Source: Candidatus Thorarchaeota archaeon
Lineage (GTDB): Archaea; Asgardarchaeota; Thorarchaeia; Thorarchaeales; Thorarchaeaceae
Direction: 5' to 3'
NCBI GenBank assembly: GCA_003345555.1
Contig: PRDJ01000079.1
Coordinates: forward strand, 1-5,850
DNA length: 5,850 nucleotides
Notes under the pieces: generated by a model
Database searches by the model: none
Seen by the model: the letters and a program-made list of their open reading frames with translations, nothing else
Told to the model about the DNA's origin: nothing
Part shown: positions 5,577 to 5,850 of the stretch, one piece after another
How positions within the stretch are numbered: the first letter of the stretch is position 1
Layout: the number at the start of each line of letters is the position of its first letter
Program-made: the position numbers and the translations under genes

Positions 5577-5850
5577 CTATAGATTCCTAAGTACGATTGC
5601 AGGATCAGTTCTGGCAGCTTCACGAGCTGGCAGATACGACCCGGCGGACATAGCAAGGAACTCACCCAATAGCACTACCGTCAAGAAACCAATGGGAAAT
5701 GTCAGTACTGCAGGTAAGACCCTCGTGAAGGGGCTGGCAGAGAAGACCAAGAGACTCATGACGTATCCAAAAACGGCGCCTAGGACAAGACTGAATGCAA
5801 CTGAAGCCAAGACAATTCCCGTGAACTCTGAAAACACTGTCTTCATTATC
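5577..5850 (-). CDS. C-terminal part of a second FtsX/MacB-family permease (paralog of 2670..5564); 5'-truncated by the window edge
   Basis: The frame is open to the window edge. The last 90 residues align without gaps to the last 90 residues of the 964-aa permease, 45/90 identical by hand, and end YLPAREAARTDPAIVLRNL. Stop is TAG at 5577-5579. Confidence 0.92.
   Translation of the reverse strand, partial: IMKTVFSEFTGIVLASVAFSLVLGAVFGYVMSLLVFSASPFTRVLPAVLTFPIGFLTVVLLGEFLAMSAGSYLPAREAARTDPAIVLRNL

Noticed and set aside
1-5850. CRISPR arrays, tRNA/rRNA genes, transposases, integrases and frameshifted pseudogenes
   Set aside because: No regularly spaced repeats or RNA-gene signatures were seen, all spacers are 157 nt or shorter, and all six genes have intact frames within the window.

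Overview
A gene-dense window with six supportable CDSs. No RNA gene, CRISPR array or mobile element was recognised. From left to right: (1) the 3' part of a Mut7-C (PIN plus zinc-ribbon) RNase-domain gene (+); (2) an OsmC/Ohr-family protein (-); (3) a divergently transcribed stand-alone small Toprim protein of the COG1658/RNase M5-like type (+); (4-6) a minus-strand ABC cluster of the MacB/FtsX/LolCDE class, made of the 3' end of one large permease, a complete 964-aa double-unit permease, and a LolD/MacB-type ATPase. The gene set, TATA-like boxes, zinc-ribbon tails and glycosylation sequons suggest an archaeon; an Asgard/Thorarchaeia-like source is only my impression. The most unusual elements are: an ATPase with a C-terminal AbrB-like hairpin followed by a four-Cys zinc ribbon; two paralogous giant permeases in the same reading frame separated by one TAG and 12 nt, with a conserved non-coding 3' flank; and a 12-bp inverted repeat bracketing the osmC/toprim divergent spacer. 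All alignments and counts were done by hand and no database search was run.
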